From Macrostomum hystrix (taxonomy: Eukaryota > Animalia > Platyhelminthes), in NCBI GenBank assembly GCA_950097015.1, contig CATNEN010000038.1:20336001-20400000 (forward strand): 64,000 nucleotides of DNA, given 5' to 3'. Position numbers and translations under genes: made by a program. The notes beneath the pieces are model-generated. The model made no database searches and was not told the DNA's origin. It saw nothing but the letters and a program-made list of their open reading frames with translations. Below are positions 10,129 through 23,669 of this stretch, piece by piece (positions within the stretch are counted from its first letter, which is position 1; every line of letters begins with the position of its first letter).

Positions 10129-11349
10129 GAGGTCCCAGCTCGAATACTCGGCGAGGCTACATTGATTTAAACGTTTCGAAGTTAAATAAGAGTCGAGATG
10201 CAGATGGAGAAGGACTCAGAGATAAAGTTTTCGAATAGCGAGTGAAGAATTCGTTAGGGGCAGACAGATGGCTAAGTTGAGTATAAGTTGATGCATAGAA
10301 TCAGAAACAGGATGCAAAGCACGCTTTTTCTTGTTACTTTCTCTTCGCAAGCAAATGAGCAGTATTTTCTCTTGTTTGAGCCAGGGCTTTGAGAAGCAGG
10401 TGCTAGTAGTTTGAAGAAATTCTTTCGCATATAATCCGGCCATGGTCCAAGTTGGCACGTGTTCTGCTCGTGAATCGGACGAAAAGGTGTCATTTTTGTC
10501 CTCTTATGTCTGATGATGATGAAACGATGCATATACCTGAGGTGTAATATGATTTAACTAACGACTGGGTATGAATGAAGCGCGCTATATATGGAACAGC
10601 AGCTGATGAACTTGGCATTTTCTAGCTCACGCACATTATCAAGGGCTTCCAATGACGTACGAGTATAAGCACACAACTCTCTATCTATCTCTACAGTTGA
10701 GTAATAAGTTGTTGCAGAAACTATGGTGATTAATCTGTTCTTTTTTCTTTCAACTTTGTGTATGTGTTTGCTTGCGCAGTTGAAAGGCCTCATGCGGTGC
10801 AGAACATTTAGGACTTCAGTTAATTGACTGAGCCTCTATTTCTCACCTCTCTCTTCGACGAAGCAAACCATATGTTTCAGCGATTGCCGCGTATCGGTTT
10901 TAAGACTTCCCGACCAAAAAAACGGTACAAAATCAAGATGAAAAATTAGGCTACACTTCTGACCGCTCTCGTCAGCAATTTAGTACAGATTTTCGTTTCA
11001 TTTTTTGCTAACCGTTAAGCACCGGAGGCAATAAAAATTCGTTCTTTTGATTCTTTGCAACAATTAAAGAGGGGAAGCAGAATAGTTAGAAAGCTTTGTC
11101 GACTCGTCCATAGTACGTGAAATTCGATACTATCTCAGACCATGAGAGAAATTCGTACATTGTTATAAGCTCTACGTCTTTGTCGATTTTAAATTTTATT
11201 CCCTTACAGAGGGGAACTATGCTACTATTTTACGGCTTCGTTCAAACCACGACACTAATATTAAAGCGGAAGGCCTTATTAACTTTTGTTTAAGAGATGG
11301 AATGGCAGCGAGGATAGTGGGTCTGCATTGCGCGTATATTTATATTATC

Positions 11350-12300
11350 AACAGAAGCTCGAGATAGAGTTTGAGGGGCCAGAGAGGTTGCTCAAGAGAG
11401 GAACACCGCGGTAGGGCCTCGGACTGCAGGACAGCTCTCACGGAGCAGAAGACTGCCCGCTACGACGCCGCAGATCATTGCGGACGTCGGGTACCAGACC
11501 GCCGAGATAAACCATCTGCTGAAAGCGCGGAAGCACCTCGTCATGCCCGTCTGCGCCTTGGCAGAAGATCGCAGATTCCGTGTCACCAGGCACCATTAGC
11601 GGTCAAGGACAGCATGGCGAGGTTGTCGTCGTCAGTCGGCAGAGCATTCCGTAGTACCCAGTTGATCACCACGATGAACAAGAGCAGCGTATCCTCCTGA
11701 GGCACTCAGGAGGATGTGTCAAAAGTGTCCGATAGGCCGTCCAGCGTCATCACAACAACAACAACAACACCAACATACGCCCAGAGTTACAGTTAGGCGT
11801 CAGAAGGCATGTTTTAAGGCCTGGTTGCGCACATAGGCAAGGCCTCCGGCAGTGTCCGGGGCGCCGGCGTCGGCTAACAGACAGTCGACGTACCGCCACG
11901 GTGGGGCAGAATTCCTCGGCGCGGATTAGGTAGCCTGCCAGCTGTAGTCGCCGACGGCGCGGTAGGTCGCTTGGGCGGGCCAGGCCGGCGCGGCGATAAA
12001 GTGCCGCGTTGGTGATGTGCTCATCAAAGCACAGACTTGACGCTCCAGCGCCTACGTCAGGGTCCATGTCTCGGCGTTGTAAAGCAGGATAATTTCAAAC
12101 ACCGCCTAGGACAGCTCCGTCCTCTGGCGCTCAGGCTAGGGCCGCGGACTGCAGGATAACCCTCACAGAGCGGAAGGCAGCCCAGGCAAGCCCGCGGCGG
12201 CGCCGCACAGTAGCTAACCAGTTGCTATGGCAAGTTGTACGCTCCGAGCACCAGGGGTAGCGCGGCCCTCGTTACCGAATCAAAATCCTTCCTGAAGTCT
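11350..12300 (-). mobile_element. Degenerate RTE-clade LINE fragments
   Basis: Minus-strand remnants QEDTLLFIVVINWVLR..DDDNLAML (RT domains 4-5), AVFCSVRAVLQSEALP, and HITNAALYRRAGLARPSD..RRRRLQLAGYLIRAEEFCP (RTE C-terminus). (TTG)n tail at ~11752-11773. Confidence 0.75.
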
Positions 12301-14518
12301 AGTATACGAAAATCAAGATCAGGAGCAACTGGCGAAAGCGCGCTTCCTTGATAACTCACTAAAAAGCCAGGATATGAGCTACTGTGCCACAGTGGGGCCG
12401 GAACCCAAGGCTAGGTAGCCTTACGGTGCCCAGCTGCTTTGGGATGGCGACGATGTGTACCATGATCCAGTCGGTTCATCACCTCCTCACCGAAAAACAA
12501 GCGGTTCATCACTCTGGCAACCTCACGGTCCTTCGATGGGCAATACAATCAAACAATGCCAGAACATTAGATTGTACATTTTTATGACCATTCCTTTGAC
12601 CGTCAGATAAGTGTACACAAAAAACGACTTATTCGATGTCAGCTTAAATAAGCCTTTATTTTATGCCTTCGATTTTTCCCCCAAAAATTGCGAGTCTGTC
12701 ATTAAATCCTGATTAAGCCATCCATCCTAGGTAAAACTTCACGTACTGGTATTTTCTTTACTTTCTTTGCACCTGTGACGAATCCAGTACGACAGAAAAT
12801 TGGATGTCACATGCTCAGTTGTTTTATTCAGATTTTTTACTGTCAAGGCCACTCACTATTAGCATGCATGTCTGGCGTGATCTGCTAGCTATGGCTCCTA
12901 TTTTTAGCATCAATCGTCGGGGGAAAGACTGGGGAAAGACAACGGGGACTATTTCACTACCCACTGTCTACTTCACGATAGCTCCCAAACCGAGAGACCG
13001 ATTTTCGTGAAAGTCCACCATATCGATAAAAATGTTCCGCCCTTTACAATGAACTAACTTTAGTAAGCATCGTCGAGATATTCAGCGATTCTTCCTGGTG
13101 ACAAGGACAACAAAAATTGTTCTTTAAAAGCCAAAATATATTGGTTCAAAAGTGAAATAAATTAACAAATTAACAAGTAGTTGCCACCAGACGTTGAATT
13201 TCTCAACGATTCCGACGTTTTGTGATACTGGAAGTTGTTTCAGCGGATAGAGCGAAAAATCTCAGCCCCTGTTCTGGATTTTCTGGTTGAATATTTTAAA
13301 AGACACAGAAAGAAAAATTTAGGTATTTGAAATACTCGTACCCCCGTGTGAACGAGCCAGACGCACAAACAACATTTCTTATGACCAATGTACATCTCAA
13401 CCCCTCCTCATTTGGCTCCTCAGCCAATCGGAAAGCGCGGCGGGGGAAGAAAGTAAAAACTATCCACTCCATGTTATCTAAAGCTGGTGTGCAACAGGGA
13501 CGGTCAAAAAACTCAAGCCTCACTTAAAAAACAATTTATTGCTGGCAACAACACCGCTACTTTATTAAAGAGCTATTTAATAACTGAAAAATACATCGAA
13601 CAGAAATGCCACGGACACTAGGATAATAATGTTGTTGCATTTTTTACGAAAACAAGCAAAGTAAATCGCAGTGTACATATCTTTGTTAGTATTTATACGA
13701 TACACGAAAATATAAATTTATGAATCAGGAAAACACTCTTCAATAGACTCGCTCGCTTAATATTTTTCAGCGTGCTTTTACCATCCGAGTGAGTCACAGC
13801 CACTGGAATGACGTGAACTATTTGTTTAAATAAAAAAGAAAATTTTCGTTGAAATTTCGTTGAAATAGAGTTGTCAAACAGAGTTATCTCGATTGTAGTA
13901 TGGACATTATTTACCACGACAACAATTCAGACAACCAAAAATTCACTTGTGAAACTAAGCCTATTTGTTTGAGTTTAGTTGGGACATCAAAATGTGACCT
14001 GAATACTGAATTATACTTTAGAATTTATTGTTATACCGATTACAGATAAGAGAAACCTAATTAAGCAAATTTACACATACATATTCCGCCGTATTTTTCG
14101 GAATGCGAATGCCATGCTGGGTAAAGCGAGAGACAAGAAGGTAAGATTCTAGGGAGAGCCACATTTTTGTCAAACGACGGTTGCCAGGACATCACAACTA
14201 ACAAACAACACATATTTATCATAAAAAAATTAATGACGTAACGAAAACTAGTCTCTTTCAAAGTTTATTAAATTCCATTTTCTTCTTTGCAAGTACAGTG
14301 CCATTTACCGATTGATATTCATTGGCTGCTATTTCTAGCTAGGGGCAACTCAAACTGTACGTTCCTTTAAGCCCAAATTATTTTTGAAATTATTAGCTCA
14401 TTGGTCGATCGATATTTTTAGGGTGTACGGCGGTGAATGCTGACCATCTAAACTTTTCTACCCCCAGAGCGTACACAACTTCTCGTTGTCTGATAAAAAA
14501 ACAACAGCAGAAGCAAAT

Positions 14519-17356
14519 CTAATCCTTGAATCTCAGCTGCTGACTGTCCTTTCTGTTCGTCGCCGACGAGTCGCTGTCGATGAACTCCAGGTCGCTGGAG
14601 AGTCGGCGTCGAAGCGCCGGCTGCGGCAGCAAGTCAATCGCCTGGCAGTTGTCCCGCCGCTGTTCTTCCTGATTGCTGTACGCGTTGTACAGGTGCAGCA
14701 GCGGAGACCGAATGGCATCAAATTCATCACCTTCACCGTCGTCAATATCGACATCCGCTGCAGCCGCAGCAGCAGCGGCAGCAGCAGCGGCAGCGGCGGC
14801 AGCAGCCGCGGCGGCTGTTCCGCCTCCTTGCTGAGAGCGGCGTTCGCTCTGAGCTCCTGCTGTTGAGCAATAGCCGTTGCCTGCACGTAGAAGTTAAGGT
14901 AGGCAGAATTGACGCACTAAAGCAGAAAACAGGAGTATTTCTAGTCTACCCGCAGCCAGCGTGGACGCTGACTTTTGAAAACAAACACAGTAGTATACAT
15001 ATGTCCTTACTACACACTCTCAAGGGCATAAGTTGCACAATAAGCCCCTCAAAGCCTTCTCGAAATATGTTGCCTCCACCATCATTGACTAATAATGTCC
15101 TTGAGCAAGACATTCACCAACTAGCATCAGCCTGAATAAATATTTGTGTGGGTGTGGAGACTTGCCCAGTCCACGGACTGAACAGTTGTACAACTGAAAT
15201 AATTAAACTGATTATAATCTGCTCACCGGACAATCTCCTGAGCTTGCGCCTACCGCAGGTCATTAGGTGCACGGCGTGCGCTCTGAAGTGCTTATTCAAG
15301 CCAAAATAGATGAAGAAATTGCAGCTGTAGCACAACAGATTGGGCACGTTGGCGACCAGACGGTATAGCCTGTACACCAGACACTTGTCCAGGCCGCATT
15401 CGCAATCGAACAGCAGCGGAAACAATTTATGAAAAGCGAACATTAGCGGTATCTGGCCCAGCAGTACCAGACAGATGACCACAATTAGCATCGCAGTCAG
15501 GCGTCGCTGGGCCATCTGACGGCGTACACTCACACTGGGACGTTTCAACGGCGTCGTCATAGTTCCCGACATGGACGTTGTGCTGTCTTCGCCGCCGTTA
15601 GCTCCGCCCCAGCGGCTTCGGATGCCGCCACCGCCGCTGCCGCCGCCTCCTCCGCCACCGCCGCTGGCTGAGCTAGTAGAATACTTCTTCATTCGACGCG
15701 ACTGTCTACGAAGCACCCAGATTAGGCACAGATTAGCCACGCACAGAAATGCTATCGCAGCGAACTGGCTAACAATGGCTCTAGCCCAGGTAGATGCCTC
15801 GTACCAGGGACTGGAGAAAAATGTCAGCCTGTCTGTGGCTATGAAGCTGCGATTAAGTCTTTCGTCAAACTGATACTTGGCTCTCAGGCCGAAGAACAAG
15901 TACAGGTTGACCATAGTGGCTGCGGCCAGTATGGCCAAGGTGATGAGAATGGCATTCAGTGAGGTGCATTTGGTCTTGGAGATGTTGTAATGCCGCATTG
16001 AGATGTACCGCTCCAGGGCTAGGCAGACTGTGAGCCAAACGCTGGCCGTTTCCGTGATGCTGCCCAACGGATTCAAAGCGTTTGTCAGCAAGAAATAAAG
16101 GAAAAGCTTTGTTTCTCGAATCAACGCCGAGTCCTGGGGCTTCCTGCGGAATTAAGGGGCCGGTGGACTCACTTTAATTAAACTGACAAACTTACTCGCA
16201 CATAGGATTTCCCATGTGACCGCATTTGTGCGGTGCAAATCTCTCTGTGCTTTGTGGCAGTGGCTTCTCGCAACAATGAGCAAATACACGACCGCAACGT
16301 GGAGACCGCATCCGTCATTGTTAATTGAGTTGCTCCTTCTGGCCTACGTAAAGAAGACGCTGATTCGTTTTTTAAAGATCATTTTAGTCTAGCTTTGGAT
16401 CCCGCAACTTGACCACGAAGATCAAAGACTGAGAAGATTAAAAGGGCGAAAGTGGGCCTCTTTTGAGCATCATTAACTGTACGTTACTTAAGGCAGGTGA
16501 GGGCTTCCTTATTTGGGCTGTTTTAATTTGGAGCTCAAGGGGAAAAAGATTCGTAATTAAATTAGCTGACACTTGCTAGTGGATTCTGGGCGAGGAACTT
16601 TTGATGTTGGTACTTTGATGTGCGTCATACTCATAATAACTAATTAGTGGGAAGACTATGGTTTACTAGTTCGTGCTGAAATTATTATATGAGGACTTGA
16701 GTTGAGATTATGGTTTGGGTATTACTGTTAGATTTATGGTTTTGAGACTAGTGATAGGATTGAGGCATAAGAATTATAATCCTAATTAGAACTAGGATTG
16801 AGATTCGAATTAAAATTAAAATTCGTATTTGAAATATTGAATTTGATTGGTGCTGCTATTGTGAATAGGGATAAGCGCCAGGATTAAGGTATGTGATTAC
16901 TGTTGGGATTAAGGCTAAGGATTAGTATCGGGTTAGTATTATGGTAAGAAGATAATGGTATGAACTGCCGAGATTATGCTACAAAGACTAGCATTTCAAT
17001 AAGAATCCTCACTTTCTCGTGGCCTGCACAAAGCATTCGGGCGCCTTGAGCAGCAGGGTGAGTATATCGAACAGGGCCAGTGCCGACATGAACACAAACG
17101 GCGCCCCTTTGAACTCTTTGCCAGTGAAGAACACGGCCATTGTGACGGCGTTGAGGCCCAGGCCGGCGAAACAGATGCACAGCTGAGCCAGGTAGGCCGG
17201 GTGTTCCACATTCACCGCGAATTCCACAATGGACTGGCAGGACTCGGTGCTGTTCTTGGCTGACGCGTTCAGCTGCATTGCCAGCCAAGTCTGGGCAACA
17301 ATGCGATGAGTAGATGAGATTATTGACACTGAGTTTGAACGAATTATTATTGGCAT
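14519..17356 (-). CDS. Class A (rhodopsin-family) peptide-receptor-like GPCR, FMRFamide/sex-peptide-receptor-like; 3 exons
   Basis: Exons 17356(or ATG 17278)-17013, 16143-15227, 14880-14519, with GT-AG introns of compatible phase (2, 1). TM1 GLGLN, TM2 LALFD, TM3 LALERY, TM6 LGQIP, TM7 NFFIY; TAG stop at 14519-14521. Confidence 0.9.
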
Positions 17357-17399
17357 TAGGCTTTAGATGGCTAGATAAAATTCTCTGATAAGATTGATA

Positions 17400-17875
17400 T
17401 CTAGAGTGTGACGAGAGTGTGGTGTCTTGAGTGTGATTAGAGCGGTGTCTAGAGTGTGACGAGAGTTTTGTCTACAGAGTGACGAGAGTGGAGTCTAGAG
17501 TGTGCCGAGAGTTTGTCTAGAGTGTCACGAGAGTTTTGTCAAGAGTGTAACGAGATTTTTATCTACAGAGTGACGAGAGTGGAGTCTGGAGTGTGACGAG
17601 AGTGGTGTCTAGAGTGTGACGAGAGTATTGTCTAGAGTGTGACGAGAGTGGTGTCTAGAGTGTGACGAGAGTGGTGTCTAGAGTGTGACGAGAGTATTGT
17701 CTAGAGTGTGACGAGAGTGGTGTCTAGAGTGTGACTAGAGTATTGTCTAGAGTGTGACGAAAGTAATTTTTAGAGTGTGACGAGAGTGCGTCTGCAGTGT
17801 GACGAGAGTTTTGTCTAGAGTTTGACGAGAGTGATATGTAGAGTGTGACGAGAGTTTCGCTGAGAGTGACGAGCT
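17400..17875. repeat. 23-bp minisatellite (TCTAGAGTGTGACGAGAGTGGTG)n
   Basis: Direct reading; lies immediately upstream of the GPCR first coding exon. Confidence 0.93.
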
Positions 17876-18599
17876 GTGTTATGAGAACTTGGCATTCTAA
17901 TTTGTCTGAGTGCAATGGCCAGGCCATGGTTGAGTAATATGCGCCGATAAGTCCAGTTAGATTGAAACTATCGTTTAGAAATTTAGCGGGCAGTAGTTAC
18001 AAGTCTTTCTTAAGCCGAGATACGCATCTTATTGCTTTAGCTTTACTCAATGCCAGTATGCTATAACTCAAACACCGCCTTCTCGCTTATAATCGCACCT
18101 ACCCTCTGCCCTCTTTTAGAAGCAGAAGGTCGCCAATGCCAATGGCTCCCCCTCATATTGCTTGAGTGTTGCCGGGTACCAAGAATCTGAATAATTAATT
18201 AGCCAAGTCCCGTAGAAAGCCTGGCTCCCCGTATCGCTAAACTGTTCCGTGCCCTAGGCATGCACTTCTGGGCTGAAAACTATTTGGGATCTTGGCGACC
18301 AAGTTTTGCGTCGGAAATCCAGATTGGGAATCTTTAATAGGGAATATTCTGATGGGGGGAAAGTGGAATCGAATATTGGGTTTCGCGCGAGCGCGTGTAG
18401 GTCGCTTTTGTTCCCAAAGGTATGATAAACTTTTTATAAGGGACTTTTTCTCTTCGGATGGTTATAAAACCATAAATATTAGATTGCCAATGGTTGCATA
18501 GTTGCTAAGATGCTTAGAAAATTTACCTACAATCGAACCTAATTTCATGCTGTCCGATACATACTCAAACAAATAAAAATGTATTGTAACGACTGCCAA

Positions 18600-18842
18600 A
18601 AATTTCTACCAAGAAAATCAACTGACTACCAAGAAACACAACTGACTACCAAGAAACACAACTGACTACCAAGAAACACAACTGACTACCAAGAAACTCA
18701 ACTGGCTACCAAGAAACTCACAACTGGCTACCAAGAAACTCATTCTGACTACCAAGAAACACAACTGACTACCAAGAAACTCAACTGACTACCAAGAAAC
18801 TCACAACTGACTACCAAGAATCTCAACTGACTACCAAGAAAT
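18600..18842. repeat. 20-bp minisatellite (CAACTGACTACCAAGAAACA)n
   Basis: Direct reading. Confidence 0.95.
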
Positions 18843-19264
18843 TGATATAACCTGTGTAAACAATGATTTTCTGTGTAATAAAACGCAGCTTTAATTGGCA
18901 GGTTTCTTGGAAAAATTAAATCTCTTGGCCGAAAAATTGCAACTGTACTTTTGTCACTGCTTCAAACAGATGTGATGTGTCATTCTTTCTGCTCTTTACA
19001 AAATATTTTGTTTGCCTTTCTGTTTAAAGTCAGCTAACATCTAGAGAAATTTGAGTAGAATACACAAAACAAACGGAATAAATTGTGTGAGATTGGCACT
19101 TTAAAAATGCTAGCTTACTTGGATAATCTGGATTTTTATTTTACGCATATTAACTTTAAAAGGGCAGGCTAGTAATGCTATGAGTGATTTTTAATATATA
19201 TTTTATTGTAAGATTTTTAAATGCTGAAAGAATTTAAAATGACTCGAGATTTAATTCTTCCTAA

Positions 19265-20205
19265 GGAGTCTAGGGTAGAGTCTGAGAGAGTCTAAGGTAG
19301 TGTCTGAGGGAGTCTAAGGTAGTGTCTGAGGGTGTCTAAGGTAGTGTCTGAGGGAGTCTAAGGTAGTGTCTGAGGGAGTCTAAGGTAGTGTCTGAGGGTG
19401 TCTAAGGTAGTGTCTGAGGTAGTCTAAGGTAGTGTCTGAGGGAGTCTAAGGTAGTGTCTGAGGGAGTCTAAGGTAGTGTCTGAGGGTGTCTAAGGTAGTG
19501 TCTGAGGGAGTCTAAGGTAGTGTCTGAGGGAGTCTAAGGTAGTGTCTGAGGGAGTCTAAGGTAGTGTCTGAGGGAGTCTAAGGTAGTGTCTGAGGGAGTC
19601 TAAGGTAGTGTCTGAGGGTGTCTAAGGTAGTGTCTGAGGGTGTCTAAGGTAGTGTCTGAGGGTGTCTAAGGTAGTGTCTGAGGGAGTCTAAGGTAGTGTC
19701 TGAGGGAGTCTAAGGTAGTGTCTGAGGGTGTCTAAGGTAGTGTCTGAGGGAGTCTAAGGTAGTGTCTGAGGGAGTCTAAGGTAGTGTCTGAGGGAGTCTA
19801 AGGTAGTGTCTGAGGGTGTCTAAGGTAGTGTCTGAGGGAGTCTAAGGTAGTGTCTGAGGGAGTCTAAGGTAGTGTCTGAGGGAGTCTAAGGTAGTGTCTG
19901 AGGGAGTCTAAGGTAGTGTCTGAGGGAGTCTAAGGTAGTGTCTGAGGGAGTCTAAGGTAGTGTCTGAGGGAGTCTAAGGTAGTGTCTGAGGGAGTCTAAG
20001 GTAGTGTCTGAGGGTGTCTAAGGTAGTGTCTGAGGGTGTCTAAGGTAGTGTCTGAGGGAGTCTAAGGTAGTGTCTGAGGGAGTCTAAGGTAGTGTCTGAG
20101 GGTGTCTAAGGTAGTGTCTGAGGGTGTCTAAGGTAGTGTCTGAGGGTGTCTAAGGTAGTGTCTGAGGGAGTCTAAGGTAGTGTCTGAGGGTGTTTAAGGT
20201 AGTGT
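19265..20205. repeat. 22-bp minisatellite (GTCTAAGGTAGTGTCTGAGGGA)n
   Basis: Direct reading; one A/T variant site. Confidence 0.97.
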
Positions 20206-20719
20206 AGTATGTTTTCGAGTAGTCTGGCGACACGTATTTCGCTTCAATAGTTGTGAGTACATGTCTACGAGGCTAAGACTATGCCCACCCGTTAATCCCC
20301 GTTATAAACTTATCCCTATTGGTCTCTTATACCAACAACTTTTGTGGACATTTCTCCCGTCCGAGTAGATATTACAATATCCCTGACAGGCTTGTTAGGC
20401 CAATCTTTTTGCCTGTCAACTCGGTGGACACCGCCTTATACAGATACACCCAACCTAGAGCTGCATGCATGAGTATATTGGAGCAAAATAAGTGGCTAGA
20501 GATAAATATATAGCATGCATAGAGTGGAATGGACTAGCCAGTGCTTTTGGGAAGAACTTATCCTAGTTGCTTAGGCTTAAAAGACTTCGATATACTCCAC
20601 AACACTTCATTCGCATATGATCATACTCGTATGATATACAATGAGCGAAGGACTGAGGTTTCTTAAATAAGTTGTGAGCCGCATGACCACTCGAACGTAC
20701 ATTCTCTATGCGATTCCTT

Positions 20720-21590
20720 ATTTGAGATTCTCAGTTTGGGATTTTCAGTTTGAGATTCTCAGTTTGGGATTATCAGTTTCGGATTCTCAGTTTAGGATTA
20801 TCAGTGTGAGATTCTCAGTTTGGGATTTTCAGTCTGGGATTCTCAGTTTGGGATTCTCAGTTTAGGATTATCAGTGTGAGATTCTCAGTTTGGGATTTTC
20901 AGTCTGGGATTCTCAGTTTGGGATTTTCAGTGTGAGATTCTCAGTTTGGGATTCTCAGCTTGGGATTCTCAGTTTAGGATTCTCAGTTTGGGATTCTCAG
21001 TTTGGGATTCTCAGTTTGGGATTCTCAGTTTGGGATTTTCAGTTTGAGATTCTCAGTTTGGGATTTTCAGTTTGGGATTTTCAGTTTGGGATTCTCAGTT
21101 TGGGATTCTCAGTTTGGGATTTTCAGTTTGGGATTCTCAGTTTAGGATTATCAGTGTGAGATTCTCAGTTTGGGATTTTCAGTCTGGGATTCTCAGTTTG
21201 GGATTTTCAGTGTGAGATTCTCAGTTTGGGATTCTCAGCTTGGGATTCTCAGTTTAGGATTCTCAGTTTGGGATTCTCAGTTTGGGATTTTCAGTTTGGG
21301 ATTCTCAGTTTGGGATTTTCAGTTTGGGATTCTCAGTTGGGATTATCAGTTGGGATTCTGAGTGTGGGATTTTCAGTCTGGGATTCTCAGTTTAGGATTC
21401 TCAGTTTGGGATTTTCAGTTTGGGATTCTCAGTTTGGGATTCTCAGTTTGGGATTCTCAGTTTGGGATTCTCAGTTGGGATTTTCAGTTTGGGATTCTCA
21501 GTGTGGGATTCTCAGTGTGGGATTTTCAGTTTGGGATTTTCAGTTTGGGATTTTCAGTTTGGGATTCTCAGTTGGAATTCTGAGTTCTCA
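20720..21590. repeat. 14-bp minisatellite (GGGATTCTCAGTTT)n, array 1
   Basis: Direct reading. Confidence 0.97.
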
Positions 21591-22099
21591 GTGCTGTTGG
21601 TAAGAACTTATCTGAGTTGCTTTTGCTAAGAAGAATTCGGCACTCCATTCGCATCTGATCATATGATATATAATGAGCGAAGGACTGAAGTTTTTTGTAT
21701 AACATATGAACCGCATGACCGCTCAAACATACGTACACGTATAGTTCTTCAAGTATAGAGTTTCACTATACGGTAATGTAAAAGAGGTCAATAATTCATT
21801 GAGTGTGTACATTTGCTGGGCTGCAAGACTGTTTAGATAATGCTTCCAGAAGAAGCAGAGTTGGCGGTGTGAGATCTCAATTCTTTGGCTCGGTCAACAG
21901 AAGCTGCTTGATTTGAGCAGTTCTCAGAGAGAGCGGAATAGAACGGAGAAGCGAATGACAAACTCAAACAGACATATTATTTGATTATTTATATATGCCA
22001 ATGCGTTTAACTGTTGTCAATTACTCAATTTCTGACTCATAGAACTCAATTTTGTTCTTTTAGCTTGAGTCACAGAACACAAAACTTAGTCTACACGAT

Positions 22100-23010
22100 G
22101 AAGATTACAGATTACAGAAGATTACAGATCACAGGTTACAGATAAAATAATTCAGATTTACGAAAATAAATCAACAAAGAACGACAAAGATCACAGATCA
22201 CAGATCACAGATTACAGAATACAGATCACAGATCACAGATTATAGATCGCAGATTACAGATTACAGATCACAGATCACAGATCACACATCACAGATCACA
22301 GATCACAGATTACAGACACAGATCACGGATTACAGAAAACAGACACAGATCACGGATTACAGATTACAGACACAGATCACGGATTACAGATCACAGATCA
22401 CAGATCACAGATCAAAGATCACAGATCACAGATCACAGATCACAGATTACAGATCACAGATCACAGATCACAGATCACAGATTACAGATCACAGATCACA
22501 GATTACCGACACAGATCACGGATTACAGATCACAGATCACAGATCACAGATTATAGATCGGAGATTACAGATCACAGATCACAGATTACAGATCACGGAT
22601 CACAGATCACAGATTGCAGATCACAGATCACAGATCACAGATCACAGATCACAGATTATAGATCGGGGATTACAGATCACAGATCACAGATTACAGATCA
22701 CAGATCACAGATCACAGATCACAGATCACAGATCACAGATTACAGATCACAGATCACAGATTACAGATCACAGATCACTGATTGGGGATCACAGATTACA
22801 GATCCCTGATTGGGATCACAGATTACAGATCACATATTACAGATCACAGATTACAGATCACATATTACAGATCACAGATTACAGATCACAGATTACAGAT
22901 CACGGAATATAGATCGCAGATTACAGATCACAGATTACAGATCACATATTACAGATCACAGATTACAGATCACATATTACAGATCGCAGATTATGGATCG
23001 CAGATTACAA
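22100..23010. repeat. 7-bp satellite (CAGATCA/CAGATTA)n
   Basis: Direct reading. Confidence 0.96.
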
Positions 23011-23669
23011 AAATTCACTAACAAACTGACAAAAATTCCATATGCACTTTGCAAATTGATCGCCAAACGACATTCCTTATTGTTAATCAATTCAGTAAGA
23101 AACTGTCTGTCATTTACACTCAACCGCATTAGCATATTGGCATTATTTCTGTTCTGAGCTTTGTGCATCAAAGAAAAGCACATTTTGGCATTTCGCTTCA
23201 CCTGTCAATAAAAGAGCCAGAAGCGTGCACAGAATGCACACCTGGGCCTACAGCTAATTTGTTACTAAAGCATTCGCCATTCTTCATTTTCTAATCTTCT
23301 CTTTTCTGCCTGCCCGTTTGTCTGTCTGTCTGACTGTCTGTACGTGAAAAAAACTGAATTCACAAGCCAAACGTAGCTCGTAGATTCACTTTAACCTCAC
23401 ACGCATTTTCTCTTCTCTCTACAAACAGCTTTACCTAGGTAATGGGAAATCCTAGAAAAATACGAGCCAAATTCCACCGGAACTCGTCAATGATAGACCA
23501 AACTATAGCTTTACATTGTGGAGCAGCAACAGTGTATGTTCCGCTTGTGTTAATCTTCATTAGCCGACTATCTACACTGTATTTTTGATTGATTTTAGCG
23601 CATTAACTTCTTGTGTTCGACACGCTTTTACTGCGCGCCTTCTTAAACCTGAGCCAACGATTTCCTCGC

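Noticed and set aside
10216-10793. Short minus-strand ORFs with possible splice sites (also 13296-13523 and 52514-52700)
   Set aside because: No recognisable homology and no consistent exon chain.
14533-14886. 117-aa ORF-track frame as GPCR last exon
   Set aside because: Splice phase requires the other frame (poly-Ala, stop at 14519).
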